Part shown: in pieces, positions 10,177-20,542 of the stretch
Position numbering within the stretch: the stretch's first letter is position 1
Layout: the number at the start of each line of letters is the position of its first letter
Origin: Candidatus Bathyarchaeia archaeon
Lineage (GTDB): Archaea; Thermoproteota; Bathyarchaeia; Bathyarchaeales; Bathycorpusculaceae
Length of the DNA: 64,000 bases
Assembly: GCA_038883795.1 (NCBI GenBank)
Contig: JAVZLK010000001.1
Coordinates: 216,131-280,130 of the forward strand
Direction: 5' to 3'
Position numbers and translations under genes: made by a program
Notes under the pieces: model-generated
What the model was told of the DNA's origin: nothing
Database searches by the model: none
Seen by the model: the letters and a program-made list of their open reading frames with translations, nothing else

Positions 10177-10256
10177 TCTCAATCCTTATCACTATATGAA
10201 AAGGTTTAAAAGGGACAATGTTAAGGGAAAACAAACGGACAACGGAGTTAAAAAGC

Positions 10257-10610
10257 ATGGAATTTTGTCCCAAATGCGGTTCGCGTCTGGTGCCTAAAAA
10301 GAAGAAAACAGGCAAAGAATCATCTTTAGCGCTGGTCTGTCCAAAATGTGGTTATAGGAAGAAGGGGTCCAGCGAAAAGGTTGAGCCGAAAGTTGCAAAG
10401 GTTATACAGCATAAGCCGCAAGAACTTGTGGCGGTAATAAGCAAGGAAGAACAGAAACTGCGAACATTACCAACAGTTAGAGTTGAATGCCCAAAATGTG
10501 GAAACAATCTAGCCTATGTTTGGCAAGTGCAGACCCGTGGCGCAGACGAATCTTCAACCCAGTTTTTACGTTGCACAAAATGCGGCTACACCTTCAGAGA
10601 ATACAGCTAA
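10257..10610 (+). CDS. tfs: Transcription factor S (TFS)
   Basis: MEFCPKCG zinc ribbon; C-terminal CPKC...QTRGADE...CTKC with the catalytic DE pair. Confidence 0.95.
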   Translation: MEFCPKCGSRLVPKKKKTGKESSLALVCPKCGYRKKGSSEKVEPKVAKVIQHKPQELVAVISKEEQKLRTLPTVRVECPKCGNNLAYVWQVQTRGADESSTQFLRCTKCGYTFREYS

Positions 10611-10700
10611 AGCATCTTCACGTTACATCTAAAGCTGAAAGTTTAATATGTAAAGTCTTTTATTAACAACTAGACATATCCATTTAAAAGGAGACCTTTC

Positions 10701-11456
10701 ATGTTCAAAATCAAAATGGCAGATGCCAAACTTCTAAGAGATATGGCTACAGCCATCTCCATCCTCATAGATGAAGCTACATTCAAAATAGACCCCGAAG
10801 GCATAAAACTTCGAGCAATGGATCCGTCTCGCGTTGCTATGGTGGATTTTGAATGGCCCAAAACAGTTTTTGATGAGTACACAGTCACGGAGCCAACAAA
10901 AATGTGCATAAACATAAGCGAACTTTTAAAACTGCTTAAAAGGGCAGGCAAAGATGAGGTTGTGGAGCTTTCCCTTGACGAAAAAACTGGTAAGCTACAA
11001 GTGAAAATTACTGGAAAATACGCTCGGAACTTTACTATGCCAACCCTTGAGGCTTCAGAGGAAGAGGTTCCCACACCAAAAATACCTTTCAATGTCAAAG
11101 CAAAAGCCACAACCCAAGGATTAAGTCAAGCCATTGAAGACGCTCAACTTGTAAGCGACCATGTCAGAATAGAAGCGGACAATGAAAAACTCGTTTTAAA
11201 CGCCGTAGGCGACCTTATGGGCGCAACCATAACCCTTCAAAAGGGAAGCGACGCTCTTCTTGACTTAGAGGCGAAAGAACCTTCAAAGGCAACTTTCAGC
11301 TTAAGTTATCTTTCGGAAATCATAAAAGAGGCATCTGCAACATCCGACATTGCAACGTTAGAATTTTCCACAGACATGCCCATAAAATTAGATTTTCAAC
11401 AAGCAAAAGAGGGAAAACTAACCTTCTATCTGGCGCCGAGAATCGAAACTGAATAA
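10701..11456 (+). CDS. pcn: PCNA sliding clamp
   Basis: AMDPSRVAMV, FSLSYL, FYLAPRIE. Confidence 0.97.
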   Translation: MFKIKMADAKLLRDMATAISILIDEATFKIDPEGIKLRAMDPSRVAMVDFEWPKTVFDEYTVTEPTKMCINISELLKLLKRAGKDEVVELSLDEKTGKLQVKITGKYARNFTMPTLEASEEEVPTPKIPFNVKAKATTQGLSQAIEDAQLVSDHVRIEADNEKLVLNAVGDLMGATITLQKGSDALLDLEAKEPSKATFSLSYLSEIIKEASATSDIATLEFSTDMPIKLDFQQAKEGKLTFYLAPRIETE

Positions 11457-11457
11457 T

Positions 11458-12504
11458 GTGAAAACGATGCAAATTGCCATAGTTCATTTCACCAAAAATG
11501 ATTTAGCAAAGTACCCATTCCTTAAAGAAACAGCAGAATACGTTAAAAAACTAGATTTAAAAATTGAAGATTTAACAAGCCCGGAATTCTCCAGCATCCT
11601 CGAGCGTGCAAAAGAAAGAGTTGAAGAAGCAATATTATACGCTTTGGTAAGCAGAAGGCTCCGCAACGAAGAAATCGAAATCCTTTCCTTCCCCGTTGCA
11701 ATCATGCTGACATTGGCAACAGAAAACTCCTTCATCAAAAAAAGATACGCCCTAGCAGAAGCTAAACAAGCCTACAACGATATGAAAATTGAACCGAAAG
11801 AAAGAATCCTAGCTATCGCACAAAACTTCAACTGGAAACTTGCTTTAAACTCGGATACTAGCATTCCTTACGAGTTTAAACTTCACTTCACCGACTATCT
11901 AAAAAACACAACACAACTCAAAGACAAAAAATGGAAACTAGTCAACCGCCTTCTAATAAACGGTTATGTTTACCTAACCAAAACCGAAACCGCGAGGATC
12001 CTAAGTGAAGAAGTGCGGAGGCAAATTGAAAAAAGACTAAACGTAAAGGAATTGCCCGAATTTCCGCCAACAATAATGAATATTGCTGAAAAAATAAAAA
12101 GCCTATCCGTTGAAAAAATAGGAAAGGCTGAAATGGAAGGATTCCCAAAAACAATAGCACAACCAGCCTTTCCACCATGTATAAAAAGCCTTTACCAATC
12201 TATCTCATCTGGGCGCCACCTCCCCCACATAGGAAGATTTACACTAACAGCCTTCCTCATAAACATAGGAATGCCACCAGAAAACGTCACCGAACTCTTC
12301 AAAAACTTCTCCGACTACGACCAAAGAATGACCAGCTACCAAGTAGAACACATAGCAGGCGAAAGGGGCTCAAGAACCCGCTACATTCCACCAAAATGCG
12401 ACACACTAAAAACCCACGGCATCTGCATAAATCCAGACTCGCTATGCCAAAATATACGCCATCCCTTGGCCTACTACAGAAGAAAAGTGAAAATAGCCAA
12501 ATAA
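11458..12504 (+). CDS. priL: DNA primase large subunit
   Basis: KYPF, FPPCI, LPHIGRF, YQVEHIAG, PPKC...GIC...C...HPLAYY Fe-S domain. Confidence 0.95.
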   Translation: MKTMQIAIVHFTKNDLAKYPFLKETAEYVKKLDLKIEDLTSPEFSSILERAKERVEEAILYALVSRRLRNEEIEILSFPVAIMLTLATENSFIKKRYALAEAKQAYNDMKIEPKERILAIAQNFNWKLALNSDTSIPYEFKLHFTDYLKNTTQLKDKKWKLVNRLLINGYVYLTKTETARILSEEVRRQIEKRLNVKELPEFPPTIMNIAEKIKSLSVEKIGKAEMEGFPKTIAQPAFPPCIKSLYQSISSGRHLPHIGRFTLTAFLINIGMPPENVTELFKNFSDYDQRMTSYQVEHIAGERGSRTRYIPPKCDTLKTHGICINPDSLCQNIRHPLAYYRRKVKIAK

Positions 12505-12587
12505 GCTCTCCAAAAGCAGTCGCAGGTGGAGTAGATTTTATATAACACATACCTAATAACAGAACCTCATTTAAGGAGAAAACAGTA

Positions 12588-13364
12588 ATGGATTTTCAGA
12601 AATTGGAAGGAAACCTTGAAATAAATTCTGAAATCGGAGTAATCCTTCCTACATATTGTGAAGCACCAAGCATTGAAAGATTAATTAATGAAATTGAAGA
12701 TCTAAATTTAGATATTTCCATATTAGTCATAGATGATTCTAGCCCTGATGGAACGGCAAACGTGGTACGAAGGTTGCAAAAGAAATATGATAATATTTTA
12801 CTCTTTGTGAGACCTAAAAAACTTGGCCTTGGAACGGCAATAACAGATGGCTTCAGGATATTTATGTCGTTGCAGGCTCCCCCTAAGTACGTAATCACGA
12901 TGGATGCCGATTACTCCCATAATCCGAAGGACATTCCACGCTTAGTTTCCAGCTTGAAGGGACGATACGACCTTGTTATAGGCAGTAGATATTGTAAAGG
13001 AGGTTCCACTTTAAATTGGAGTATGGTACGTCTTACAATAAGCAAAATTGCAAACCTAATTGCATCGTTTATTATCGGAGGAAAAATAAGTGACTATACC
13101 AGTGGGTTACGTTGCTACTCCATAAACTTAATTCGAAGTATTATAGGAGAACTGCATAGTCAGACTTATGAGATACAAATCGAAACAATAAGACAAGCAC
13201 ATATCCGCAATTTCCGCATCAAAGAAATTCCGATAGTTTTCGCAAACCGGAAAAAGGGAAAATCTAAGTTGACGTTCAATGAAATGAAAGAATTTGTTTC
13301 ACATATTTTCTTTAAGCAATTTTTAAGATGTAGAAGAAATCTAAATCTTGTTGATAGAAATTAA
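12588..13364 (+). CDS. Polyprenol-phosphate mannosyltransferase-like GT2 (DPM1-like)
   Basis: ILPTYCE, VIDDSSPDGT, GLGTA, MDADYSH, IGSRY, D.TSG.R, F.NR..GKSK. Confidence 0.9.
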   Translation: MDFQKLEGNLEINSEIGVILPTYCEAPSIERLINEIEDLNLDISILVIDDSSPDGTANVVRRLQKKYDNILLFVRPKKLGLGTAITDGFRIFMSLQAPPKYVITMDADYSHNPKDIPRLVSSLKGRYDLVIGSRYCKGGSTLNWSMVRLTISKIANLIASFIIGGKISDYTSGLRCYSINLIRSIIGELHSQTYEIQIETIRQAHIRNFRIKEIPIVFANRKKGKSKLTFNEMKEFVSHIFFKQFLRCRRNLNLVDRN

Positions 13365-13378
13365 ATCAAAAATATAAA

Positions 13379-14476
13379 TTAACCAGCTACGTTCGGTTTA
13401 ATGTTGTTAGTCCATTCTTCTGCTATTGTTTTTTTGTCAAATAACATCGCCCTTTCTCTACATTCTCGACGCATCCTCTGCGGGTACCCCTCCCTCCATA
13501 TTTTAATAGCGGATTTTATAAACTCCTCCCTGCTATTGGTAAGCCATCCAGAAACGCCATGAATAACTGTTTCTTTTGGACCTTGACAGTTATAAGTTAG
13601 AACCGGAGTTCCACAAGCCATACTTTCGATTGGTACGTATCCAAAAGGTTCATCTAAAAAGGGATAAAGTGTTATCAAAGCGTTTGAATACAATTCTACC
13701 AACGTTTGCTCGCTAATAACGCCCAACGAATCAATGTTAGGATGTTTTTTTATAACATGTGGGGTTTTTAGCTTTGATCCAAATACCTTAATTTTCACCC
13801 CCATATCAGCTAATCTTTTGATTACACATAAATCAGTTTCTTTGCCAAAGTAAGTAATTACATAGTCTGAAACTGGATTGGAACTCAATGGTTTAAATTT
13901 ACTGCAATCTATAGGTGGGTATATAACTTTGTAAACTCGAATTCCAAATCGCTCATAAATCTCTTGCAAATACCGTGAATTAGATATAACCTTCCCGCTT
14001 AAGGCGTAAAATTTTTTTGAATTTCTCATATCCACAAATCTGAAAAATGGTCGACCTAGATGATAAACAAACTTATATGGCAAAGAAAATGAAGACTTGA
14101 TATTGTCAAGAGTTATGCTTGGTGGGCCTTGGGCATACCAGAAATCAGAAGGCAAACATATAACATTTGAAAAATTTAGTTTTAATCCTTCCACATCCTT
14201 AACCTTTCTTGAATTCATGGAAAATAGGGCTTCCATTAACCATGACTTAAACCACATTAATGAGTAGGGCAAGATAGATTTTCTAGATTGAAGAGCTTTA
14301 ACCGTTATACCCTGATTTTCCAAAATTTTCTGAAGGCGCCTAGTTATGTTTAATGTTATTATTTTTACATCATAGTTCCTGCTTACAAGCTCCTGTGCGA
14401 TTAAAATAGCGGGGCGACAAGAACCAAACTCATTTAATAATGGATCACTGATTATAACGATTTTGTTATCACCCAT
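13379..14476 (-). CDS. GT4 glycosyltransferase
   Basis: EPFGYVPIESMACGTPV and ETVIHGVSGWL GT-B signature. Confidence 0.9.
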   Translation of the reverse strand: MGDNKIVIISDPLLNEFGSCRPAILIAQELVSRNYDVKIITLNITRRLQKILENQGITVKALQSRKSILPYSLMWFKSWLMEALFSMNSRKVKDVEGLKLNFSNVICLPSDFWYAQGPPSITLDNIKSSFSLPYKFVYHLGRPFFRFVDMRNSKKFYALSGKVISNSRYLQEIYERFGIRVYKVIYPPIDCSKFKPLSSNPVSDYVITYFGKETDLCVIKRLADMGVKIKVFGSKLKTPHVIKKHPNIDSLGVISEQTLVELYSNALITLYPFLDEPFGYVPIESMACGTPVLTYNCQGPKETVIHGVSGWLTNSREEFIKSAIKIWREGYPQRMRRECRERAMLFDKKTIAEEWTNNIKPNVAG

Positions 14477-14530
14477 TGTATTTCACTTTAGTTGATTATG
14501 CATGCAATTATTGATATGCCTTTAGGAAAA

Positions 14531-16639
14531 TCAGTTGAAAGGTGGGATTTGTTGAACCAAAATGTAGTCCAGATAAACGTCGGTTGCATTAGAAGCAATA
14601 AATCCTCTAAATTCCATCAAAGATGATAACTTTTTTAATTGAAACGATAAGACGAATTCTTGCCAAACATTAGCTTCAGAGAAATCTCCTCCTGTCAAAG
14701 TTCTTTTAGCTAACACTTCTTTCCCGAAGTTCTTAGTTACGTCTAAGATAAGAATTTCTTGATTTGTGATATTAGTAATTTTAAGCCTAAATTTTACCTC
14801 ATATGCGCCTGGAGGCAGCCATATATAGGGGCCATACCAAAAAGAGGGTTCTTTTTTGGTGGAGTTAGCTTTGTACATGAGAACTTTTTGGCTCATTGAA
14901 GTAGGGTCATCAACGATTATTCCTTCGAAGTAGAGTTTTTTCCATTCCGTGGGCAAAGTATCTCGCCAATTAATTGACATTTTGAGCGGAAAATAGAAGG
15001 ACAATTCTCCCTTGTATCCCTTTTTATAGAGTAATAAACTGCCAGCTTGTGCTAGAAGTCCAAATTCTCCACTATCGACATATCTTGAGATGCGTTCTTC
15101 AAAAGGTGCTTCGGGTTCTCCATATCTTGCAATGTATTCGTCTGGAACTGGATCTTGATGATCAAACCAATATGAAAAGATGTCAAATAAAAGATATTCG
15201 ACAGCCGTGGTGTTCCAGTAGGCGTAAGAATGTAGAGAGTTACTAACATGTGGGAAATAGTCATTTTGTGTTAGAACGTATGGGTTTGTACTCAAGGGAA
15301 TTAAAGAAATGAGTCTATGTTTCGCTTGGGTATTTTCATCCAATGTCATCGGAATATTCTGCATAATTATTGGAGTGGTGAATAGAAGCGTAATGAGCGT
15401 TGCGATCATCATAATAAATAATATACGCGATATAACCCAATCTTTTTCAGAAATTTGGCCGCATTTAAAGGCGAGCCTTCTAACTCCATGGATAACTGCC
15501 ACAAAAATTGTTGGTATCAGCAAAAGTGGATAATGATATGTAATGGCAAAATAGTTTGGATTGGAAGCGAGCATTAATTCCAATAAATTTGGGAAAAACA
15601 GTAGTATGGAGGGAATGTCCAAAAATGCAAACATACATAATGGTAGAAAAAGCGTTGCTATAAAAACAATTTTTTGCGAGGGCAAATATGATAATTGACT
15701 AAGAATTTTTAGAGGGTTTCTTATTAAAAATGAAAGTAAACCCATTAAACCCTCACTTCCTCCCAATTCGCCATAAACATTCTGTGTGTGATGCGCATAA
15801 CCTTGGTTCCAAAGAGATCCATACCCATCTAACGTAACAAAATAACTTATCATGTAAAAAGCAAATAAAAGACCAGCAATTCCTATGAAAACAGTTAGCA
15901 AAGAAATGACTGTATTTTTATCGATTTTTCTTTTGAAAATTGATTTTATATTTCTGAAAAGACCATAAAGTCCAATTCCAACAACAACTAATGATGCATC
16001 CTCCTTCACTGAAAGCAATAATAATATACATGCAAAATATTTACTCCACTTATTATTTTTTAAAAAATAGATGGCTGAAAAACCTAAAAGTGGAATAAAA
16101 GCCTCTGGATGAAAATCGTATAAATTTGAAGCGTGAAGTACTGGATAGAGGAAGTAAAGAGCTGTAAATGCAAGACTGTGCTTTGTATTGCCAAGTTCGT
16201 TTTTTGCCAGAAAGTAGAGGGGAATCCCGCCTAAAGCAACTATAATTGCTTGGAGAATTATAAGGGTTACTGGGCTTTGATAAAGGGCATAAAATGGAAC
16301 AAACAAAAAAAGTATTGGCGAAAAATGTACGTGAAAATGGCTTCCTATCTCCAAGTTATTATAAAATATAGTGCGAAAATTTATTGTTGTATACAAAGAT
16401 TGTGAAAAAACGCCTAAATCCCATGCAGTAGCGTGGAACGTGTAATATTTTATCAAGGATAAATAAGAAATAACGGCAAAATAAACAAGAATAAAAGCAA
16501 AAAGACAAATTTCATTTTTCTTTGAAACAAGATACAAATAAAATCGTCTAAAAGTTTTCGCTAATTCCATATGGATGAACTTAATTTTGTTTTTTGGAAT
16601 GTTCCTCAAGAATTCCACATCTTCCATTTTGTTGTACAA
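14531..16639 (-). CDS. DUF2079 membrane protein (GT-C-like) with a C-terminal beta-sandwich, carbohydrate-binding-like domain
   Basis: WDLGVFSQ, HFSPIL, DFHPE, KED, multiple TM segments; C-terminal YGPYIWLPPGAYEVKFRLK...VYLDYI. Confidence 0.8.
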   Translation of the reverse strand: MYNKMEDVEFLRNIPKNKIKFIHMELAKTFRRFYLYLVSKKNEICLFAFILVYFAVISYLSLIKYYTFHATAWDLGVFSQSLYTTINFRTIFYNNLEIGSHFHVHFSPILFLFVPFYALYQSPVTLIILQAIIVALGGIPLYFLAKNELGNTKHSLAFTALYFLYPVLHASNLYDFHPEAFIPLLGFSAIYFLKNNKWSKYFACILLLLSVKEDASLVVVGIGLYGLFRNIKSIFKRKIDKNTVISLLTVFIGIAGLLFAFYMISYFVTLDGYGSLWNQGYAHHTQNVYGELGGSEGLMGLLSFLIRNPLKILSQLSYLPSQKIVFIATLFLPLCMFAFLDIPSILLFFPNLLELMLASNPNYFAITYHYPLLLIPTIFVAVIHGVRRLAFKCGQISEKDWVISRILFIMMIATLITLLFTTPIIMQNIPMTLDENTQAKHRLISLIPLSTNPYVLTQNDYFPHVSNSLHSYAYWNTTAVEYLLFDIFSYWFDHQDPVPDEYIARYGEPEAPFEERISRYVDSGEFGLLAQAGSLLLYKKGYKGELSFYFPLKMSINWRDTLPTEWKKLYFEGIIVDDPTSMSQKVLMYKANSTKKEPSFWYGPYIWLPPGAYEVKFRLKITNITNQEILILDVTKNFGKEVLAKRTLTGGDFSEANVWQEFVLSFQLKKLSSLMEFRGFIASNATDVYLDYILVQQIPPFN

Positions 16640-16678
16640 TTTTAAATTGTTTTACATCACTGCCTTTTAATATAAATG

Positions 16679-17857
16679 TTAGGAAACTTTCAAAAGGGAT
16701 TTATAAAGCTCTACGTGTTTTTGGGCGACAAAGCTCCAACTTCTGCCTTCAAATAATTTTTTAAGGTTGGTGGCGATATTTTTTCTCAATTCTACGTTTT
16801 CAAGCAAGATTTCAGCCGCATTGTAAATTTCATCTGAACTGTGCGGATTAACCATTAGACAATTGTAGCCATGAGTAAGTTCGCTCATGAATTTTGGGAT
16901 TCGGGTACATATTACTGGCTTATTAAAATCAATAACTCTGGCTAAGGCGCCACTTGCTTCTAGATATTTTGTTTCTTGCGATAATAAAATAATAATGTCT
17001 GCTTTTTGAATAACTTCATTTAGCATGCTTTCGCTTAAGAAGTTTGTTACGATTATTCTGTTTAAGCTTTTAAGCTCTGCAATTTTATTTTTGATTCTGT
17101 TAAAATAATCATCATGATTGTGAGGATGAACACCGCCGGCTAGTGTAAGCGTCACCTGGGGATAACTGGTTTGTAGTTTTTTGAAGGCGTCAATTAAATA
17201 TTCTAAACCCTTATCTTCTCTTAAAAAGCCTAAAGAGAGGATATTTATTTCATCAATTTTTTCTGGCGCGTTTGTTTGACAGAAAGTTTCTTCAACTTTG
17301 TCAACTCCGTGCGGGATTACAACGACTTTACTTTCTTTACAAGCGTAATGTTGAATCAAGGTTTTCTTCATCGCAGTATTGAGGACAATCACTCTCGAAG
17401 CAAATAAAATCATAAGCTTTGTAATCGTAAAGATTACAATGTTTGTCAGGCAGTTCAACAATTTAGATTTAAAAAATTTTGCATTCCTCAGTATAATTGT
17501 ATGCATAGTCAGCACCAAAGTTTTCAAACGTAATCGAAGAAGCAACATAAGTGAAGCAAAGGATAGGGCTGTGAAAGGTCCACCATAAAGAAGCCAGCCA
17601 TGTTGCAAATGAAGTATATGTGCCTCTGATTTAATTGCTGTTTTAAGGATTTGTGAAAGAGCTAGAGGTCCTCGCTGCCAACATCTGTGGACTTGAAGAT
17701 CACTTTTGTCTCTGTAAAAAGATTGTTGGTCAATTTTGTTTGCAATTATGCTAATTTTGATCTTTTTATTTTTCGACATCTCTAAATATAATTTAGATGA
17801 GTAAATTGCTATACCTTCGCGATATGGTGGCCAAGTAGTTACTACACATATCTTCAA
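16679..17857 (-). CDS. GT4 glycosyltransferase
   Basis: TTWPP..EGIAIY, VIPHG, GFLREDKGLEYLI, SGAL...KPVI. Confidence 0.88.
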   Translation of the reverse strand: MKICVVTTWPPYREGIAIYSSKLYLEMSKNKKIKISIIANKIDQQSFYRDKSDLQVHRCWQRGPLALSQILKTAIKSEAHILHLQHGWLLYGGPFTALSFASLMLLLRLRLKTLVLTMHTIILRNAKFFKSKLLNCLTNIVIFTITKLMILFASRVIVLNTAMKKTLIQHYACKESKVVVIPHGVDKVEETFCQTNAPEKIDEINILSLGFLREDKGLEYLIDAFKKLQTSYPQVTLTLAGGVHPHNHDDYFNRIKNKIAELKSLNRIIVTNFLSESMLNEVIQKADIIILLSQETKYLEASGALARVIDFNKPVICTRIPKFMSELTHGYNCLMVNPHSSDEIYNAAEILLENVELRKNIATNLKKLFEGRSWSFVAQKHVELYKSLLKVS

Positions 17858-17876
17858 AGTCGACTCTCCTCTTTTA

Positions 17877-19370
17877 TTAACTATTTATGCGTTTGTAAAG
17901 CATTACCCCATCTTCTTCGTCTAGAAGTTCATATTTAGCACTATTTGGATCGATGAAATCGCTTTTGATGAATTCGGCTGCCGTGGCGTAGTGAAGACTT
18001 GAGTTAAAATCCAGAAGCACATAATCTACACCGCTTTCACTGAGATTTAATAACATTTCTTTACCAACTTGTCTATATTGTTCTCCCCACGAAGGTGGAG
18101 GAATCGTATATGCATTAGGTCTGTTTGAAAGATGAGGGAACAGATTGCTTTGTGTAAGCACAGAAGCATTTTGAGGAATAGATGAAATAAATTTGTAAAC
18201 TACCGTACCATGTTCATGAAATACCTGAAAAATCTCAAACTTAGAATACATTAATGGCAAAAAAGTGGCAAGCGATATAACACATATTAAAAATGTTATT
18301 TTCACAATTTTTAAAACAAAAGTCTGATAACGATTATTTTTCTGCAACCTGTATATGCCATGAATTAATGCCAAAAAAATGAATGGCACCATAAAGGCCC
18401 CATAATGTCCTTCTACACTATAATACAATGGATAGGATGATAACAAACTTATGCAAAGATAAGGAATTGCAGGGATGAGCCCTTGTACACCTAAAAAAGG
18501 CAAAAATAATGTGGGAAGAAAAACAATTGATAAGTAGGATATCTTTGTTAGTCCGTCGTAGGTTAAAGCTCTCCATGCACCAATAGGATTTGTAATCATT
18601 TTTAATGGAAGTTCTGTAGGACCCGCGGCGCCTATCAATCCCCACTCATTCCACAATGACGGAATACCTGTCCAGCCGAAAAAAATTCTCAGTTTTTGAG
18701 CAGCAAAAAAATAAGCAATGCTTATGATCAAGATGATTAGAGAGGCTAAAAAACCCTTACTTTTAATGGATTTGTTATATAACATACCATATAACGCTAT
18801 GAATGCAATAACGACAGATGAAGCTTCATGAGTTAATAATCCAAACGCAACGGCTAATGCAAGCTTCCTAAAATCGCTCTTTACTAAGTAAAGGACAACA
18901 AACAGGAAAATTGTTACAGCAAAAGGTTCTGGAGAAAAACCAGAAATAGTGACGCCTTGCAAAGGAGGATACAACAAATAAAAAATTCCAAGAATAGCGG
19001 CTGTCTTTTCTTTTTTCAAGAAAAAATTAGCAAGGTCATATGCGGGTAAAGCCCCTATGGCCACTATGAATGTGCTTATTACAAGAAGGCCTTCGGGTTT
19101 TGGATAAATAGCGTATATGGGAAGCACTAGAAGGATTATTGGGCTGAAGTGTGTTCCTAAAAAGCATCTTGTTCTCGTATAAAATGGTTCAGTGGTGTAA
19201 TATAAAAATCGTCCATGAAGTGTGTTCCATAATGCTTGGTTGAAGATTCCTAAATCCCACGTATAAATTTGAAACGAATAATATGTTATAATTTCGGCTA
19301 TTGAGAAACAAATGGTGTATATCAATATTGCGATCAAGACGTAAATTTTATATCCAAAAAATTTTCTCAT
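17877..19370 (-). CDS. DUF2079 membrane protein (GT-C-like)
   Basis: WDLGIFNQALWNT, HFSPII, many TM segments, LTQSNLFPHLSNR; paralog of 14531..16639. Confidence 0.8.
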   Translation of the reverse strand: MRKFFGYKIYVLIAILIYTICFSIAEIITYYSFQIYTWDLGIFNQALWNTLHGRFLYYTTEPFYTRTRCFLGTHFSPIILLVLPIYAIYPKPEGLLVISTFIVAIGALPAYDLANFFLKKEKTAAILGIFYLLYPPLQGVTISGFSPEPFAVTIFLFVVLYLVKSDFRKLALAVAFGLLTHEASSVVIAFIALYGMLYNKSIKSKGFLASLIILIISIAYFFAAQKLRIFFGWTGIPSLWNEWGLIGAAGPTELPLKMITNPIGAWRALTYDGLTKISYLSIVFLPTLFLPFLGVQGLIPAIPYLCISLLSSYPLYYSVEGHYGAFMVPFIFLALIHGIYRLQKNNRYQTFVLKIVKITFLICVISLATFLPLMYSKFEIFQVFHEHGTVVYKFISSIPQNASVLTQSNLFPHLSNRPNAYTIPPPSWGEQYRQVGKEMLLNLSESGVDYVLLDFNSSLHYATAAEFIKSDFIDPNSAKYELLDEEDGVMLYKRINS

Positions 19371-20416
19371 TTTGCGGAGGATATTGCTACCTCCCTTAGC
19401 ATTTCTAAAAATTTTGGGAAAACGTTGTTAACGTCATACTTTATCACTTGTTCTCGCATATTATTGGCGATTTTGTTAAAATCGTCCTTTCTTGTTTTCC
19501 ACATATGTTGAAGTTGGCAAATTATCTGAGCGAATTCTTGTATCGATGTTGCATAGAAAAGTGGCAAGTCAAGTCCTTTGACGGCTTCTGTTGGTAAAGC
19601 TACAATAGGCACTTTACATGCTGAGGCTTCGAGAAGAGTCAATGGAAAAACGTCTATTTTACTTGCATATACTAGGATGTGAACCCTAGAATATAGGTTA
19701 ACAAGTTCTTTAACGTCTGTTATAAAACCAAGATTTTTCACGTTGTTTACACTTTCCAAATCAGGCCCTATAGCCAAAAAATCAATTTCTTTGTTTTTTA
19801 AAATTTCAGCGATTTTAACAAAAAATGAAAAACCTTTTGTTTTCCTTCCTGTAAAAAGTGCAGAAAACTTTTGATTTTTTTCTTCAACAGGCTTGTATAG
19901 AGAAGTGTCTATCCAGTTTGGGACATAATATACATGTTTATTTTTGAAGAATATTTTAAGGGCTTGCTTGTTGATTACATGAATAGCGTTAAAATTCCTT
20001 AATTCTTTGTTTTCGCTTTTGTTGAAATATAGACGAGATATGAATTTTGAAAATCCGAATTCTTTTACATAATCCACATAATTCATAAATCTTATTTCAG
20101 GATGCTGAAGTTCGTTGGCGAAAACAAAGGCATGAATTGCTGCTATTTTTGGGCATTTTCCTATAAATAAATGATGTACTATTGGTGCATAAATAAAGTA
20201 TGCGACATCCGAATCGTTAATGTTGTGAATGATATTTTCGTTATAATTAACGCCTTGAAGAAATTCATCAATGTTTATTCGTCTTCGCCCAAAAGGTAAA
20301 GCATAAATGGTTACCTCATGCCCTCTTTTTTTTAATTGTTTTGCAACTTCTATTAGGAATCGTTCACCACCCCCATGAAACGTGAGACTATAGTGGTGGC
20401 AGAGGGCTACTTTCAT
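19367..20416 (-). CDS. GT4 glycosyltransferase
   Basis: GGGERF, VPNWID, DVFPLTLLEASAC. Confidence 0.88.
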   Translation of the reverse strand: MKVALCHHYSLTFHGGGERFLIEVAKQLKKRGHEVTIYALPFGRRRINIDEFLQGVNYNENIIHNINDSDVAYFIYAPIVHHLFIGKCPKIAAIHAFVFANELQHPEIRFMNYVDYVKEFGFSKFISRLYFNKSENKELRNFNAIHVINKQALKIFFKNKHVYYVPNWIDTSLYKPVEEKNQKFSALFTGRKTKGFSFFVKIAEILKNKEIDFLAIGPDLESVNNVKNLGFITDVKELVNLYSRVHILVYASKIDVFPLTLLEASACKVPIVALPTEAVKGLDLPLFYATSIQEFAQIICQLQHMWKTRKDDFNKIANNMREQVIKYDVNNVFPKFLEMLREVAISSAK

Positions 20417-20493
20417 TACTTTTCCTCAAGTCATGAGTACCTTTTATTTTGCTTTTTAAATTTGCTACTGTCAATAAAGCCTTAACGTTAGCT

Positions 20494-20510
20494 GCTTAAA
20501 GGTTTTAAGC
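20494..20510. promoter_or_regulatory. Palindrome GCTTAAA-GGT-TTTAAGC, probable overlapping divergent BRE/TATA promoters for GT4 and priS
   Basis: Perfect 7-bp inverted repeat; reads AAAGGTTTTAAG on + and AAAACCTTTAAG on -, both BRE+TATA-like. Confidence 0.45.
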
Positions 20511-20542
20511 AAAATCCTTTCTATATTCTGAAGAGAATTTGG

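Noticed and set aside
12505-20500. Mobile element explanation for the glycosylation island
   Set aside because: No integrase or transposase, terminal repeats or target duplication seen; kept only as a compositional island
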